Below are positions 62,278 through 64,000 of a stretch of 64,000 bases of DNA, piece by piece. The position numbers and the translations under genes were made by a program. The DNA lies in NCBI RefSeq assembly GCF_009914755.1, contig NC_060935.1; one strand, 5' to 3'. Under the pieces are notes generated by a model, which saw only the letters and a program-made list of their open reading frames with translations, made no database searches and was not told the DNA's origin. Numbering within the stretch: position 1 is the stretch's first letter; every line of letters starts with the position of its first letter. Source of the DNA: the human T2T-CHM13v2.0 reference genome, Homo sapiens.

Positions 62278-63757
62278 CAATAGGACAATTTTTTAAAACA
62301 CTGAAATGAAATGAACATTTATCTCAAAGTAATAAAGGCATTGATTTCTTCCACATATTTAATGACAATGAGAACAAAAAGCCATTCAAAAAAGAAGCTG
62401 CATTGTACTAGAAAATTCTGTTAAAGCATATTTTTATCTTTAAAACAGCAACTTTCTGCTGTAAAACATGGCAAATGACGTACCTATCATTAACTTTTAT
62501 TTCTTATGTTAACACAGTAGGAAATCATATCAGATCAATTCAAGAAGACTTGTTAAAACAGACCCTTATAACACACTATGGTCTTGCATCATATCAGAGA
62601 ATACTAATACAACTTATCCTGAATTGGTCCTAAATTTTCACAAATTAAAATATGTCCAAGATTGTCCCAAGGGCTCACCTGGGAGCAAATAAAGTTACTA
62701 CTATAGATAAGAAAATCTTGAATGAAAAGCAACTGCTGAGGAAAAAAAACCTTCTATGAGGAAACAGAAGAGTCTTCTGTTGATAAAACTGAGATCTGTA
62801 AAAATGCGAAGAGACTAGAGTGAGAGAAGTAGAAAGTAATGTCATAAAGCAAACGAGCAGTTAATATGGGGTTTGAGGCACAGTAGTTTCAGCTTATCCA
62901 AGGGCAGTCCAGAATGGCACCTAGAAATGGGCTTAGTGAGATGTCACACCCATTCCCAATTCCCACCATGGTTGCATGGTATCAGTAAAAGAATCTCCTC
63001 TCTCTTTGACAAAAATATACTAACTAAATACCAAATGAAAATCCATCTTATGAAAATTTCATACTTTAATGAGAATATGTTCAACAATGAATAAACACTT
63101 GGCTCAGTGAGGATAGTTATTGTTTAGAATCACATTAAGTCTAGCTTTTTCGTCATGTCTACCACATGAAACAATGAAGAGAGAAAAAGACTCAAGGTGA
63201 CAGAGGACAGTGATCCCTGCAGAATAAATCTAGGTTAAACTTAAAAATACTGTTCTTATATTATATAAACAGTAGAGATAGTAAGCATAGCCAATGAAAA
63301 ATACAATATACACATAACTTGTTTGGCTAGTTGTCTATAATATTCAAGAATATGTATCATAATACTAGCAGTTTTAAGAGATTAAAAGCAAGATACATTG
63401 TTTCTCTAGATCAGTTTATAAGGAAAATATACAACATATACTCTGGTATCATAGAAATATAAACTGGTTTTTCTAATAAGAACTTGTTGATTCCTTTAAA
63501 AATTCAATCCATTAGTCAATTCATTATTGAAGAAGGAAAGAAGAAAGGGAAGGAGGGAGGCAAAGGAAGAGAGGAAGAAGGAAAGAAAGGAAATTCTTCT
63601 AAAGTATTATAATTTCACCAATGTATCAGCAATTTCTGTAACAGTTCTTTAAAGGGAAGAACTTTTAAGAAACTCGGTTTATGGGGTTTAGAAACATTAA
63701 GTTCTAAACTTTCTAACTAAACCTGCTTAGTTAAGTTATACCTAGAATATCAATTGA

Positions 63758-63873
63758 CCTTCCTCCTCTTCCTTCCCACATACCTTTTTATCTCTTTCTC
63801 TGTCTCTCCTCCTTCCCATTCTCTCTTCCTTTCACTCTTTTCCTCTCTGTCTCTCTCTCTCTCACACACACAC
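63758..63873. repeat. Polypyrimidine/(CT)n(CA)n tract
   Basis: Directly visible; a purine-rich tract also lies at about 63530-63592. Confidence 0.85.
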
Positions 63874-64000
63874 GTAATGTGTTTAATTCCATTATTAGTT
63901 CAAAATAAGGTAATCCAAAAGAAACTCTCTAGAGAAATGGTAGAAAGAATAAAAACACACATCAACTTAAATATGTCAAAGAGCCATATCATTTATTGGC

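Overview
This is primate (most likely human) genomic DNA: AT-rich and dominated by interspersed repeats (Alu, L1, L2, MIR, MaLR LTRs, Tigger1, an Arthur1-like hAT element and a 7.9 kb two-LTR HERV9/LTR12 provirus). The one exon I can identify with confidence is a 132-nt minus-strand exon at 37334-37465. It translates to DTDRALSLLEEYCKKLRKPEEQLLKNAVKKVMGIFKSSLFQALL, which I recognise as the L27-domain exon of DLG2 (PSD-93/chapsyn-110). The window is therefore largely intronic sequence near the 5' end of DLG2, on chr11q14 as I recall. Nearly all ORFs in the supplied track come from repeats or are chance ORFs. I see no evidence of a wholly new biological system. The best leads are: (1) the L27 reading frame stays open and DLG1-like upstream of the MGIFK start; (2) two unannotated-looking minus-strand candidate exons are phase-compatible with that exon; (3) the provirus carries a second pol/RNase H remnant from a different lineage where the integrase should be; (4) several fold-back or transduction-type rearrangements. 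Repeat subfamily names are from memory of consensus sequences, and boundaries are approximate unless a TSD is quoted.
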